Below, in pieces: positions 1 through 11,120 of a DNA stretch of 64,000 nt (position 1 is its first letter; every line of letters begins with the position of its first letter). The stretch is from contig OZ223272.1 of the NCBI GenBank assembly GCA_965140585.1, positions 320,001 to 384,000 on the forward strand. Direction: 5' to 3'. The notes beneath the pieces were generated by a model that saw only the letters and a program-made list of their open reading frames with translations, did no database searches and was not told where the DNA came from. The DNA is from Spirochaetia bacterium (lineage in GTDB: Bacteria; Spirochaetota; Spirochaetia; UBA9216). A program made the position numbers and the translations under genes.

Positions 1-325
1 AGATAAAAACATAGGAATCGGCTCCGGCATCAACAACAGCCTGGGCTTCCTCTATCTGTTCATCTATTGTCGGAGCAACATGTCCGGAGACAACTATACC
101 CAGCCCCTTCGGCCTGTTTTTAATTATAAATGAAGCCAGTGTCAGCCGTTCTTCCTTTGACAATTTAAACATCTCACTTGACTGACATACGGCAAAGATA
201 CCGGTCACACGGCCCGCAGCATACCATTCAAGCATCTCAATTACACCGTCATAATCGATTTTATTATCTTCCGTATACGGTGTAAGCATTACCGGCCATA
301 CACCATTTGAAATTGAATTGCTCAT
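1..325 (-). CDS. Dihydrodipicolinate synthase (DapA/NanA)-family protein, 5' part; runs off the window start
   Basis: Not in the ORF track. Manual translation from ATG at 325: MSNSISNGVWPVMLTPYTEDNKIDYDG...IFAVCQSSEM...VVSGHV...AVVDAGADS, collinear with 26536..27483. GGAAGGA RBS upstream. Confidence 0.9.
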   Translation of the reverse strand, partial: MSNSISNGVWPVMLTPYTEDNKIDYDGVIEMLEWYAAGRVTGIFAVCQSSEMFKLSKEERLTLASFIIKNRPKGLGIVVSGHVAPTIDEQIEEAQAVVDAGADSYVFI

Positions 326-459
326 CCTCAAGATCCTTCCTGTATGAATCCATATTTTTATTAGTGGTTCGGATTCATCTGTAGTATAATAGTGTGTGCT
401 TAAATTGGACATTCAGGATTATCTTTAGTACTTTTCCAAACATCAGGAGGGGAATTTTA

Positions 460-1362
460 ATGCTGGAAATCATAGACGAGTACTGCTGGGAGAAACATAA
501 CAAGGTTATAACTCTTGACCAGCACGGTATTTCCGGTCTGAAAAACTTTGCACACTGGAATATGCCAACAGCATCACTGCCTACCCCGCTTCATATTCAT
601 TCCGACATAATTGAGATTCACTGTCTGATCAAGGGAAAACGAAGCTGTCATGTTGATGATAAGGATTATACTATCACCGGAAACGAGATGTTCATCTCAT
701 TCCCCTTTGAGCCCCATTATACCAGCAGTATTGATTTAAGCCCCTGTTCGTTTTTTGCACTCCAGATTGATACAAGCAGAAAGAAGCAGCTTCTTGGTCT
801 CAATGAAACATACTCGCTGGCTCTATACAACATACTCAGTAGCCTGGAATACCGGCACCTGCGCTTTCCCTCAACCGATCAGAAGCTTCTAAGCCTTGCA
901 TTCAGCAATATCAGCGATAACGACCCCCTCTCCCTCATGCAGGGGGTTCAGTATCTGTGTACCTTCCTTTTCAAGGTTCCAGAGTTCATTCCTGTACGAA
1001 AGCAGAAGAAAAATATTACAGATGAGAACATTAAACGGGCTGTTGATATCATTGACAGGGACTTTCAGGAACCTCTGCAGCTTAAAGAACTTGCGGCTAT
1101 ATCCGGCTATTCCCTGTCCAGATTTAAAAGTAAATTCAAGGAAATTGTAGGCTTTCCGCCGGCTAACTATATAACCTTCAAAAAGCTCGAATGGGCCAAG
1201 CAGCAGCTTGCAGAAACCGATCTGCCTGTAACCCAGATTGCCCTTGATGCGGGTTTTTCATCGAGCAACTACTTCTGTACAGTGTTTCATAATTCAACAC
1301 AGTACACCCCGAGCGAATTCAGAAAGACCTACCATGCAGCCTGCAAGGATGAAGAGGAATGA
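460..1362 (+). CDS. AraC-family transcriptional regulator (cupin plus HTH)
   Basis: N-terminal cupin (HIHSDIIEIH) and C-terminal AraC HTH (IALDAGFSSSNYFCTVF...TPSEFR). AGGAGG RBS before ATG 460. Divergent from the DHDPS gene. Confidence 0.92.
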   Translation: MLEIIDEYCWEKHNKVITLDQHGISGLKNFAHWNMPTASLPTPLHIHSDIIEIHCLIKGKRSCHVDDKDYTITGNEMFISFPFEPHYTSSIDLSPCSFFALQIDTSRKKQLLGLNETYSLALYNILSSLEYRHLRFPSTDQKLLSLAFSNISDNDPLSLMQGVQYLCTFLFKVPEFIPVRKQKKNITDENIKRAVDIIDRDFQEPLQLKELAAISGYSLSRFKSKFKEIVGFPPANYITFKKLEWAKQQLAETDLPVTQIALDAGFSSSNYFCTVFHNSTQYTPSEFRKTYHAACKDEEE

Positions 1363-1439
1363 AAGCCTTCATTGACAAATAAAAACTTGACCTTCCCACA
1401 ATAGGATCCGTGATAATTGCCTCCGGAGGAAGGGGTTTT

Positions 1440-3756
1440 ATGAATGATAGAATAAAAAGGCTCAGGGAAGCTTTAAGAGTAGATAAGTTTTCAATTTGTG
1501 TAGAGAAAGCAGAAATAGTTTTAAAATCTTTCAAGCAGAATGACGGATGGCCGCAGATAGTCAGACGTGCACAGGCAACCGCCGATTATCTTGACAACAA
1601 AACTATCTTCATCGAACCGGATGAACTTATAATCGGAAATATTGCCAGCAAGCCGATGGGCATGGAGATGGGCTCAGGCGGCCCGGGGTGGCCGGATGAT
1701 GATCTCGACGATCTGCTGTCCGGAGGACAGATATATCTCTCGGAAAAGGATAGAAAAACCATCCGCAGCATGGATGATTATTGCAGCGGAAAGGGGCGGA
1801 CACAGGATGAACGCCAGGGCTTCCATTATAATGATGAGCGGCTGTGGCCTTTTATCAAACGCGGTTTTCTCTGCCCGCCCTGGGAACGCAAAGATCTTGG
1901 ACGCGGACAGGGAGCTGCCGGAATGGGCTGGGGCCTGTGAATGGGCCCGACAACTTTGAACTGTCCTGACTACGGAAGAATCATACATACAGGAATCAGC
2001 CCCTTTATAGAAGAGGCCCGTCAGAAACTACTTGAACTCCGTTATTATGATGCAGAATCAGTAACAAAAGCCAATTTTTACAAGGCATCCCTGATTGCGC
2101 TTCCGACGATAATTAGACTGGCCGGACGCTACGCTGATCTGACCGAAACCATGGCCAATGACGAAAATGATGAAAAGCGGAAAAAAGAACTTATTCAGAT
2201 CGCTGAAATCTGCCGGCATATCCCCGGGCGTCCGTATGGATCAGTACCTCTGGCCCCTGTACAAGTCTGATCTCGAAGAAGGCAGAATCACGAAGGATGA
2301 GGCTCTTGAACTTTTCGAATGCCTCAGATTAAAGATAATGCAGCTTAATTTTGTGGGCGGCGGTAAAATCCAGCGTGAAAAATAGGCTGGAATGGCCCGC
2401 TGGCATAATTTTATTATAGGAGGCTGCGACAGCGACGGAAAGGACGCGACCAATGAATTATCGTATCTCATGCTTGACGCCGCGCTTGACTGCCAGATAC
2501 CTCACCATACGCTTACCATGCGGGTCGGGAAGGACTCTCCTATTGATTTTATAGCCAAAGGAATGGAGGTCGTTAGAACCGGTGCGGGAATGCCCGCGTT
2601 TATATCTGAAGACAGTTATATCAACTTTATAACAAAGCAGGGAATTCCGGGTGAGGAAGCCCGGGAGTTTGCAATTGCCGGATGCATGGATCTTATGCTC
2701 CCAGGAAAATCCCGATACCAGGCTTTCGGAATGAGCATAATACCGATGTACCTTGAAACTGCACTCTATAACGGTCGCGAACCGAAAAGCGGTGAACTTC
2801 TCGGCCTTGAAACAGGCGAGTTTGAATCATTTGAGAACTTCGAGGATTTCTACCGGGCATTTCTTGAACAGTGCAGACATTTTATAGGGATGGTCGTTGA
2901 GGAACACAATATCCTGCTGATGGTCCAGAGGGAACTCTACCCGGATGTAGTTACGAGCGCATTTCTTCACGATGCCATGAAAGTGGGACGGGACGGCCTG
3001 GATCGAAGACTGCCCTTTGAAAACGGTTCTGCTATCAATGTAATAGGTATGGCCAACACAGTAGATTCACTGGCCGTCGTTAAAAAGCTCGTATTTGAAG
3101 ACAAAAGCATTCCCGCCGATACCATGATTAAAGCCCTTCGGGCGAACTGGGAAGGATACGAAGATTTAAGAAAACTCTGTCTTGATTCACCGAAGTACGG
3201 TAACAACGACGCCTTTGTGGATGACCTGGCAGGCAGATTCTGGCATGATTTTGGCGAAATAGTTCAGGAGTACACTTCAATTTTTGATGCGAAGGTATTG
3301 CCCACAGCAATATCAATCACTGCTCATGCCCCCGGCGGCGCAATGACAAGTGCAACACCGGACGGCCGTAAAGACGGAGAAACCTTTGCGGACGGCTCAA
3401 TTTCTCCGGTTCAGGGTATGGATAGAAAAGGCCCGCTTGCAGCCCTTCAGAGTGCCATGAAGCTCCCTCAGGATGAGTATATGGCCACGCTTCTGAACAT
3501 GAAGTTCCATCCGGGAACCCTGAAAACAGATGAGGATCTCAAGAAGCTTGCATCAATGGTAAAAATATATCTTGTAAGCGGAGGAAAGCAGATCCAGCTG
3601 AACATCATCAGCCGGGAAACCCTGGAAGCGGCAAAGATTGAAAAAGATAAGTACAGGGATTTGATAATCCGTGTAGCAGGGTACAGCACATATTATGTAA
3701 CCTTAACATCCAGAGTTCAGGATGAAATAATTGCCCGGACAGAACAGGCAATTTAG
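1440..3756 (+). pseudogene. Glycyl radical enzyme (PFL-like/GRE superfamily), disrupted
   Basis: Motifs IEPDELIIGN, RMDQYL, Cys loop IAGCMD, ATPDGRKDGE and C-terminal RVAGYS. Broken by in-frame TGA 1938-1940, a frame change with apparent deletion near 2225, and in-frame TAG 2383-2385. Confidence 0.88.
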
Positions 3757-3771
3757 CAAAATAAGAACTAT

Positions 3772-3819
3772 AAAAAAGGGAGCTGACTAAGAACTAATCT
3801 TAGCCAGCTCTTTTTTTTT
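3772..3819. terminator. Bidirectional intrinsic terminator between convergent genes
   Basis: A6-GGGAGCTGACTAAGA...TCTTAGCCAGCTC-T9. Confidence 0.8.
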
Positions 3820-3832
3820 AATTCATATCAGG

Positions 3833-4786
3833 TTAATACAGGTGACAGCTTACTTTATGGTTCTCACCCTGCACTGATTCTTTCGGCGCTTCACTTAAGC
3901 ACTTATCGAAGGCCTGAGGGCATCTGTCGGCAAAACGGCAGCGGTTATCAAGCAGGCTGTAGTCCACCGGGACAAAACCCTTAATAGGAATATCCTCCTC
4001 CTTTAATGAGGGGTCCGTACATGGAACTGCCGCAATCAGCGCCTTTGTGTAGGGATGCATCGGAGACTGAAGAATTGTCTCAGTCGGTCCGGACTCCATT
4101 ACAGCACCGAGGTAGAGGATTGATATCCGGTCGCAGATATACCTTGCAGTTGACAGGTCATGGGTTATATACAGAAATGATATATTATGCTCATCCCTTA
4201 TTTTCTTCAGCAGTTTGAGGATTCCGATCCTGATTGAAACATCAAGCATTGAAACAGGCTCGTCGGCAACTATGAACTCAGGCTTCAGCACAAGAACCCT
4301 TGCCATGCTCACCCTCTGAAGCTGCCCGCCGCTCATCGATGCCGGATATTTTGATAAAAAAACATCGGGGTCCAGGCCTACATCACGAAGAACATCTTCA
4401 ATCATCTGTGCTTCCTCTTCCTTCGATGAAGCAAGATGGTGGGTCCGTACCGACTGCGCTATAATATCGTAGACGGAACGCCTCGGGTTAAGCGAACCGA
4501 AGGGATCCTGAAATATCATCTGCATCTTCTGCCTGGCGTCTTTAAGCTGCCTCCGGTTCAGAGAGGTTATATCCATACCGCAGACATTTATCTCCCCGGA
4601 TGTGGGTTCCACCAGCCTGAGTATTGTCCGCCCCAGGGTCGATTTACCGCAACCGGACTCCCCTACTACGCCGAGGATCTCCCCGCGCCCGATTGAAAGT
4701 GAAATACCGTCCACGGCTTTAATTATATTATTACGGGAATTAAATTCCTTCTTAAGAGATCTTGTTACAAGTACAGGTTCAGTCAT
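3833..4786 (-). CDS. Oligopeptide/dipeptide ABC transporter ATP-binding protein (OppF/DppF type)
   Basis: [33 protein letters not shown]-terminal oligo_HPY with Cys motif. Start taken at MTEPV (4786). Confidence 0.93.
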   Translation of the reverse strand: MTEPVLVTRSLKKEFNSRNNIIKAVDGISLSIGRGEILGVVGESGCGKSTLGRTILRLVEPTSGEINVCGMDITSLNRRQLKDARQKMQMIFQDPFGSLNPRRSVYDIIAQSVRTHHLASSKEEEAQMIEDVLRDVGLDPDVFLSKYPASMSGGQLQRVSMARVLVLKPEFIVADEPVSMLDVSIRIGILKLLKKIRDEHNISFLYITHDLSTARYICDRISILYLGAVMESGPTETILQSPMHPYTKALIAAVPCTDPSLKEEDIPIKGFVPVDYSLLDNRCRFADRCPQAFDKCLSEAPKESVQGENHKVSCHLY

Positions 4787-5741
4787 TTTTATCTCCGTAT
4801 AGGTGGCAGAGCACAGTCCGGCCGTCAACCCTATATTCTGCCGGTTCCTTTTCCCTGCAGACAGGCATTGCTTTTTCGCAGCGTTCGGCGAAGCGGCAGC
4901 CCTTAGGGGGGTTAATCAGATCCGGCGGACTTCCGGGAATACTGTAGAGTTCCTGCTTTTCACCCAGAATACTCGGATAAGATTTTACAAGGGCCTCGCT
5001 GTAGGGATGAAGCGGCTTTTTAAACAGCTGAGCTGTTTCGGTCTTTTCGACTATCTTACCGCCGTACATGACAGCGGTCTGACTGCAGGTTTCAGAGACT
5101 ACGGCGAGATCGTGGGCGATGAAAATCGTAGTTAAATCCAGCTCTGCCTTCAGATCCTTCAGAAGAGTAAGAAGCTGACGCTGAACAATTACATCAAGCC
5201 CGGTAATAGGTTCATCAAGAATAAGCAGTCCCGGCCTGCATGCTGTTGCAATTGCGATAATCGTCCGCTGCTTCATTCCTCCGCTGAACTGGTGCGGATA
5301 GCTTCTGAACCTTCCGGAATCAAGACCGACCAGTTCAAGCTGTTCATTCGCACGTTGAACTGCTTCGGCGTTGGAAACTCCCTCATGATTTTTGATAATC
5401 TCGGTAATCTGATCGCCTATCCGCATAACCGGATTAAGTGCATGCTGGGCCTGCTGGCGTACAATCGCTATATCCTTTCCCCGGATTTTTTTAAAGTCCT
5501 GCTCGGAATACGAAAGCAGATCCTTTCCCTCAAATACAATACTTCCACCCGCAATAAATCCGGGAGGCTGCACCATTCTGATTAGTGCACTTGCAGTGGT
5601 TGATTTTCCGCAGCCTGATTCACCGATAAAACCGATGGTCTCACCTTTCTCAAGAGAAAAACTTATATTTTCAACAGCCTTTGCTGTTCCGCTCTGTGTT
5701 TCATAATGAACACTGAGGTTAGTAACTTCAAGTAATGCCAT
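4779..5741 (-). CDS. Oligopeptide/dipeptide ABC transporter ATP-binding protein (OppD/DppD type)
   Basis: [34 protein letters not shown]. Confidence 0.93.
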   Translation of the reverse strand: MALLEVTNLSVHYETQSGTAKAVENISFSLEKGETIGFIGESGCGKSTTASALIRMVQPPGFIAGGSIVFEGKDLLSYSEQDFKKIRGKDIAIVRQQAQHALNPVMRIGDQITEIIKNHEGVSNAEAVQRANEQLELVGLDSGRFRSYPHQFSGGMKQRTIIAIATACRPGLLILDEPITGLDVIVQRQLLTLLKDLKAELDLTTIFIAHDLAVVSETCSQTAVMYGGKIVEKTETAQLFKKPLHPYSEALVKSYPSILGEKQELYSIPGSPPDLINPPKGCRFAERCEKAMPVCREKEPAEYRVDGRTVLCHLYGDKND

Positions 5742-5750
5742 AGTATCCTC

Positions 5751-6626
5751 CTATAATCCCTTTGACCTGCGGTATCCGGGATTGAGAATATCGTTGATAG
5801 CAGTACCCAGAAATGTAAACCCGAGTATTATCATTACGATAAAGACAATCGGAGGAGCGATCCACCAGGGGGCCTTTGCAAGCAGCCCGGAGGCAAAGGC
5901 AAAATGAAGCATCATTCCCCAGCTCACGGATGTAACATCGCCAAGCCCCAGAAAGCTCAGGACCGATTCCGAGTAGATAGCGTTAGTTACCATAAGAATT
6001 GCCTGGGCAAACATCAGCGGAAGAACACCCGGAAGGATGTCTATGAACATAAGATATGCATCACCGGAACCTATACAGCGTGATGCCTCAATGAATGGTC
6101 TTTCCTTAAGAGACAGAACCTGTGAGCGCACAATTCTTGCCGTGGAGGGCCAGCTTATAAGAGACACAACAAGGATGATGGTCCAGAGGCTGGGTCCCAG
6201 AACGGCTGCAAGCACAATCATCAGCGGCAGTCCGGGAAGCATCATGAAAAAATCAATTATACGTCCCAGTATCAGATCCACAGCTCCGCCGAAATAACCG
6301 GACACAAGACCGATAACCGATCCGGTAACAACAGTTATAAGCGCGGCAATAAAACCGATTAAAAGCGATATTCTTGCCCCGTACAGAGTCTGACTCCAGA
6401 CATCACGAGCCATATCATCTGTTCCGAAAAAATTAACAGTGTTAGGTGCAAGCAGGGCATTCGCAGCCTCTCCCGATTTCTGCGGATCAACCGTATGCAG
6501 GAAGGGTGCAAAGACAGCGAATATCAGAATAAGCAGAATAAGAAAAAGACCGATACGCCCCTTCGGGTGAATAAGTATCTGCTTAAAGAATACTTTTGCC
6601 GTGAGTTTTGTTTCTCTCATAATCAA
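5751..6626 (-). CDS. Peptide ABC transporter permease (OppC/DppC type)
   Basis: FGTDDMARD, EAA-like FIEASRCIG, LSFLGLG, SWGMML. Confidence 0.93.
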   Translation of the reverse strand: MIMRETKLTAKVFFKQILIHPKGRIGLFLILLILIFAVFAPFLHTVDPQKSGEAANALLAPNTVNFFGTDDMARDVWSQTLYGARISLLIGFIAALITVVTGSVIGLVSGYFGGAVDLILGRIIDFFMMLPGLPLMIVLAAVLGPSLWTIILVVSLISWPSTARIVRSQVLSLKERPFIEASRCIGSGDAYLMFIDILPGVLPLMFAQAILMVTNAIYSESVLSFLGLGDVTSVSWGMMLHFAFASGLLAKAPWWIAPPIVFIVMIILGFTFLGTAINDILNPGYRRSKGL

Positions 6627-7591
6627 TGCTCCCTTCCGATTCGGGGATCAATGTACACATAGAGAAGGTCCATTATAAAGTTGGCCAGAACTATTGAAAC
6701 CGCAAACACCAGGAACAGCCCCTGAAGAAGAGGATAGTCTCTTTTCATAACGGCTTCATAGGTAAGCCGTCCGATTCCAGGCCAGGAAAAAACGGTCTCG
6801 GCCTCTATCACACCGGCAAGAGCCAGCCCGATATTTACTTCGGTAATTGTGGCGATCGGCAGCATTGCATTTCTAAGCGCGTGCTTTCTTAGAACCTGTC
6901 CGTCCGGAAGTCCTTTTGAGTGGGCAGTCTGGATGAACTCTTCATGCATTACATCAAGCATGGAGGAGCGCGTAAGGATGATGTATTCGCCGAAGTACCA
7001 CAGAAGTATTGAAAACACCGGCAGCACCATATGCTTTGCGACATCCAGAGCGTAACGGATTCCGGTATATCCGGTTGCAGGGGTTTTAATACCTCCGAAA
7101 GGAAGTACTGGAACCAGATATGCAAAAATAAGCAGAAGTACTATCCCCAGTGCAAACTTTGGAACAGAGTAGAGTGTAAGCGAAGCGGTAAGAATCACCG
7201 AATCGAGTTTCGATCCGTTTCGCCATCCTGCAATAGCCCCGAGAAATATTCCCAGAATTATTGCAAGTCCAAGGGATGTAAGAACCAGAAGCAGAGTTGC
7301 CGGAACCCGCTCCATAATAATAGATAGAACCGGTTTCTTTTTCCAGAATGATTCACCCAGATCCCCTTTTGCAATATTTTTTACATATACAGCAAACTGG
7401 TAGCTTATCGGCTTGTCAAGTCCGTATTTCTGTTTCTGCAGCTCAAACTGCGCCTCACTGCTTCTGGGATCATGAAACATCATTCTGATGGGATCACCCG
7501 GAGCAAGGCGGAAGATAATAAAGTTCAGACATAAAACTGCAAAAACAGTTATCACCATGCCTATAACCTTTTTTAGAATATATTTATTCAT
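6623..7591 (-). CDS. Peptide ABC transporter permease (OppB/DppB type)
   Basis: RLAPGDP, GDLGES, TRSSMLDV...TAHSKGL, RDYPLLQG, IDPRI. Confidence 0.93.
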   Translation of the reverse strand: MNKYILKKVIGMVITVFAVLCLNFIIFRLAPGDPIRMMFHDPRSSEAQFELQKQKYGLDKPISYQFAVYVKNIAKGDLGESFWKKKPVLSIIMERVPATLLLVLTSLGLAIILGIFLGAIAGWRNGSKLDSVILTASLTLYSVPKFALGIVLLLIFAYLVPVLPFGGIKTPATGYTGIRYALDVAKHMVLPVFSILLWYFGEYIILTRSSMLDVMHEEFIQTAHSKGLPDGQVLRKHALRNAMLPIATITEVNIGLALAGVIEAETVFSWPGIGRLTYEAVMKRDYPLLQGLFLVFAVSIVLANFIMDLLYVYIDPRIGREH

Positions 7592-7612
7592 CAGGTACCT
7601 CGGAATTAAAAG

Positions 7613-7638
7613 AAGGCCCGGCGTTAATACCGGGCCTT
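7613..7638 (-). promoter_or_regulatory. Intercistronic hairpin after the SBP gene (stabiliser or partial terminator)
   Basis: AAGGCCCGG-N8-CCGGGCCTT between the SBP and permease genes. Confidence 0.6.
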
Positions 7639-7648
7639 GAAACGATAT

Positions 7649-9289
7649 CTATTTTGGATGGACGCTTGAGAAGGTCCAGGGGTTGATGTAGGAAGTAAGG
7701 CCTCCCATACTCTGAACCCAGCCCTCAAGTCTGTCTGTTCTGACAGGGTCAAGGCTTTCAGGTCTTACAAGAAGTCCGTAGGGAAGGTCCTCGGCAAGTA
7801 TTGCCTGAAGCTGTTTGATATAAGCCTTCTGTGTTTCATAATCAGGAGCAGATATCATCTTTGCAAGAATCTCATCATACTCAGGATTTGCATATGCTGC
7901 GGTATTCCATCCGGTCTGGCTGTCTGCGTAATTCCATACCCAGTTTCCATTGGGACCCGGATCGCCGTAAGCAATGGCAGCCTGGTATCCGTCTGATTTA
8001 GCAGAAACGATAAACTCCCAGTAAGTGGCAAGGTCAACAGCCTTTACTGTAACTTCAATTCCCGATCTGAGCAGATTCTCCTTAATAAGTGATGCCATCT
8101 TTACATCTGCAGTTGCACTGGATGAAACCATCAGCTCAATGTTGACGTTTTCACCGGTCGCAGGATCATTGCGCAAACCGTCGCCGTCGGTATCTGTATA
8201 ACCGGAAGCATCAAGAAGAGCCGCAGCCTTATCAAGGTCGTTATCATAAACCGGAATCTGGTCATTGTATGTGTCCATTTCAGGATAGATGAAACTGTTG
8301 GCTTTCTCGGCATAACCCATATAAACAAGGTCGATGATATTATTTTTATCGATGCTGTACATGAAGGCCTTTCTAAAGTCCTTGTCTGCAAGTGGAGTTG
8401 CTGAATAAGTGTTGAATGAAATCCAGAGGTTGTTAAGACCTGGAGATCTTATAACGCTTATATTTGGATCCTTATCAAGATCGGCGGCAATCTGGGGGCT
8501 CGCACCTGTTGATGTTATCATATCGATTTCACCGCTTTTAAGTGCAGCATACAAAGCATCATCACTTCCGAAAGTTTGGAAGACAATCTCATCAACACCT
8601 GCTTTCTCACCCCAATAGTTTTCATCGGCTTCAAGCCAGAGATATTCTGAAGGAGCAAACTCCTTAACCTTGAACGGCCCGTTTCCGACAGGGGCCTCAT
8701 TCGGGTAATCAGAAAAGGTATCCTTATAGGGTTCAAAAATATGTTTAGGGAGGATTGGTGTCCACAGCGGGATTGGATATTTACCGTCGTTTACAGCTGC
8801 ATTAAGAACAATCTTTACAGTCTTGTCATCAATGGCCTCCCAGCTTGCAACATCAGTACCGGGGCCGAGGTATGTAGCGGGTATTGCCTTCGGCAGATAA
8901 TAGAGCGAAAAGCCTACATCATCGGCAGTTACCGGAGTTCCGTCCTGCCAAACGGCATCTTCATTGAGATGAAAAATCCAGGTAATGTGATCTTTTGTTT
9001 CCCAGCTTGTTGCCAGCAGCGGAACCGGATCGTAATCGGGTGAAGGCCCGATGCCCCAAAGCTGATTATAAACTATGTGCCAGAATTCAAGGCCCATGTA
9101 GGAGGTCTTCCAGGCCATATCCACAGCCAGAGAATCAAGAGCTTCACCGTCTCTGAAACCTACGGTCAGTCTGACTTTTTCATTTTTTACTTCCTGAGAT
9201 CCTCCGGCATATGCGAATATTCCGAATAACAACAGAAACAGAATTGAGATCGTGATTATCCTGCGTAAAGGATTTCGATGTGTGTTCAT
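7649..9289 (-). CDS. Peptide/nickel ABC transporter substrate-binding protein (family 5)
   Basis: WQDGTPVTADDV, PVGNGPFK, YTDTDGDG; signal peptide ending AYAGGSQE. AGGAG RBS before ATG 9289. Confidence 0.92.
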   Translation of the reverse strand: MNTHRNPLRRIITISILFLLLFGIFAYAGGSQEVKNEKVRLTVGFRDGEALDSLAVDMAWKTSYMGLEFWHIVYNQLWGIGPSPDYDPVPLLATSWETKDHITWIFHLNEDAVWQDGTPVTADDVGFSLYYLPKAIPATYLGPGTDVASWEAIDDKTVKIVLNAAVNDGKYPIPLWTPILPKHIFEPYKDTFSDYPNEAPVGNGPFKVKEFAPSEYLWLEADENYWGEKAGVDEIVFQTFGSDDALYAALKSGEIDMITSTGASPQIAADLDKDPNISVIRSPGLNNLWISFNTYSATPLADKDFRKAFMYSIDKNNIIDLVYMGYAEKANSFIYPEMDTYNDQIPVYDNDLDKAAALLDASGYTDTDGDGLRNDPATGENVNIELMVSSSATADVKMASLIKENLLRSGIEVTVKAVDLATYWEFIVSAKSDGYQAAIAYGDPGPNGNWVWNYADSQTGWNTAAYANPEYDEILAKMISAPDYETQKAYIKQLQAILAEDLPYGLLVRPESLDPVRTDRLEGWVQSMGGLTSYINPWTFSSVHPK

Positions 9290-9299
9290 TAAGCACTCC

Positions 9300-10946
9300 T
9301 CAACTAATGTTTTTATATATAAACAGATCCCCCGTGTCGGGTAGATCGGTCCATTCAAAATTAAATTTTTCAGATGCGGCCTTTACAGGCAGGTAGGCCT
9401 CTTCCTCTCCCTGCTCCAGATCGATAAACAGCGCACCGTCTTTCCTTACGGCAACAGGCCGTATAACCTGCCCGCCTGTAAAGCCTATACAGAAAACCTG
9501 TCCGGCCATTGTATAGATATCAGGAGCCCTTTCGGCCGACTCACGCTTTCGGCCCCACTCCCGGATACGCAGATCATGAAGCCAGAACTTATCCAGAACC
9601 TGGCCGGCAAGGCTGATCAGCTTATCTGCAAAAGCGAATGACAGAGCCCCGGCAGTCTGTGCATTCCCGGCAAAAGCAGCATCCTCAGACATGGAGTCCA
9701 GAACTTCATTCTCAAATGAACTGAAAACCTGTTCAGCTATTGGATGAAATTCCTGATACTTTCCGAAGGCATGAAGGTCAACCTCTTCAAAGAGTCTGGC
9801 CGCTTCAATGCCGGAAAATGCAGGATGGAGCTCTTTCATTCCGGGAAAGTAGGGAACGTAGGCTGAAAATGTCGGAACGCCGACCAGTCCATACATGATT
9901 CCTGCAGGCTGGTCCTTTGAGCCGGAATTAAAGACTGCCGAGCCCAGTGTTTTTTCATATGCAGTGTCGCAGCATATCTGCCTTATGAAAACCGGGGAAC
10001 GCAGAAAGCCTTCTTCCGGCATGTCGTCAAGCCATTCTCCGCCGTCAAAATCATCACGGTAAAAAGAGGTTGAATGCCAGGGGGTCTGATTAAACGCAAG
10101 CCTGCTGCCGTCGGGCAGAACAAACTCATCAAGTTGATCCCGGCTTACTTCCATCATATCTGCAACTGTAACAGGTCCCGAGGCGGCTTTTTTCTGCATT
10201 AGCTCATCAGCCCTGTTCTGTCTCACAATGCTTGAAAAAATATCAGGACGGGGAGCCTGATGTTTATGAAGATAGCCGCTTCCTGAATAGACTTCCCTGA
10301 AATTAAGCTGTTCACCCCTTCCTATCCAGCCCTTTGAAAAAGCATAATCCTCCAGATCAGCTGAGCAGAGATCCCATTCATTTTCAATAATATAACTGTT
10401 TGCATGTGCTCCAACCTGGTCCCTGTATCTCTTTGCGGCCCAGTGATACCCGGAAGCTTCAATGAGCCAGACCTCTTCAGGGTCACCTATGACATAGCTC
10501 ATGCTCGTCTCGGCAAAGCCGTATTTCTCAGCTGTTTTTGCAACCAGCTCTACCCCCTCTCCTGCAGAGGACGCGAAATCAAGAACTATGCGGTTATAAT
10601 CGAAGCCGCCCAGCAGTCCCGGCCTGTCCTCATCCTCGCGTCCGGGAGTTGCCAGAAGACTGATTGAAACACCGGCGTCGTTTATTCCCATATGCGGTGC
10701 CCAGTATGACATGCATCGCTGACCGACCCATGGTATCCTTTTTTTTCCCGAAAATTGAGCAAGATCCCCGCTGTAAAAATCACTGTCTGAAATCCCGTCT
10801 GAAAGAACCATCTGCATATACCAGTGAGAATCAATATCACCGTTTTTAACCACCAGAGTTTCTCCGTCCTTTGACAGGGCCCCGGAAGAAAATGCAACCG
10901 TACAGCCGGCTCTCTTAATAATCCTGTTATTATTTAAATACGACAT
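9300..10946 (-). CDS. C69-family dipeptidase/secernin-like Ntn hydrolase
   Basis: N-terminal nucleophile context GCTVAFSSGALSKDGETLVVKNGD, MGINDAGVSI, GDPEEVWLIEASGYHWAA. First gene of the peptide ABC operon. Start uncertain (10946 or 10967). Confidence 0.78.
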   Translation of the reverse strand: MSYLNNNRIIKRAGCTVAFSSGALSKDGETLVVKNGDIDSHWYMQMVLSDGISDSDFYSGDLAQFSGKKRIPWVGQRCMSYWAPHMGINDAGVSISLLATPGREDEDRPGLLGGFDYNRIVLDFASSAGEGVELVAKTAEKYGFAETSMSYVIGDPEEVWLIEASGYHWAAKRYRDQVGAHANSYIIENEWDLCSADLEDYAFSKGWIGRGEQLNFREVYSGSGYLHKHQAPRPDIFSSIVRQNRADELMQKKAASGPVTVADMMEVSRDQLDEFVLPDGSRLAFNQTPWHSTSFYRDDFDGGEWLDDMPEEGFLRSPVFIRQICCDTAYEKTLGSAVFNSGSKDQPAGIMYGLVGVPTFSAYVPYFPGMKELHPAFSGIEAARLFEEVDLHAFGKYQEFHPIAEQVFSSFENEVLDSMSEDAAFAGNAQTAGALSFAFADKLISLAGQVLDKFWLHDLRIREWGRKRESAERAPDIYTMAGQVFCIGFTGGQVIRPVAVRKDGALFIDLEQGEEEAYLPVKAASEKFNFEWTDLPDTGDLFIYKNIS

Positions 10947-11120
10947 AATACCCGCAGCTTTATACAAATTTTACATACTTCAAATTTAAATCTGAAGTAC
11001 TTTTGTAAGAATTATTCCATAAATTAGATTGTTATGTCAAACAATCAATGGAGATAATTTGATAAATAGTATATTTTGTATTAAATATTAACTTTTTCAA
11101 ATTTTATGCGGGAGGCAGGC

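Noticed and set aside
1938-2385. Selenocysteine/pyrrolysine read-through or an alternative genetic code for the in-frame TGA and TAG in the GRE gene
   Set aside because: No SECIS-like hairpin is evident after the TGA, the gene also has a frameshifting deletion, and TGA, TAG and TAA all end normal genes in this window.
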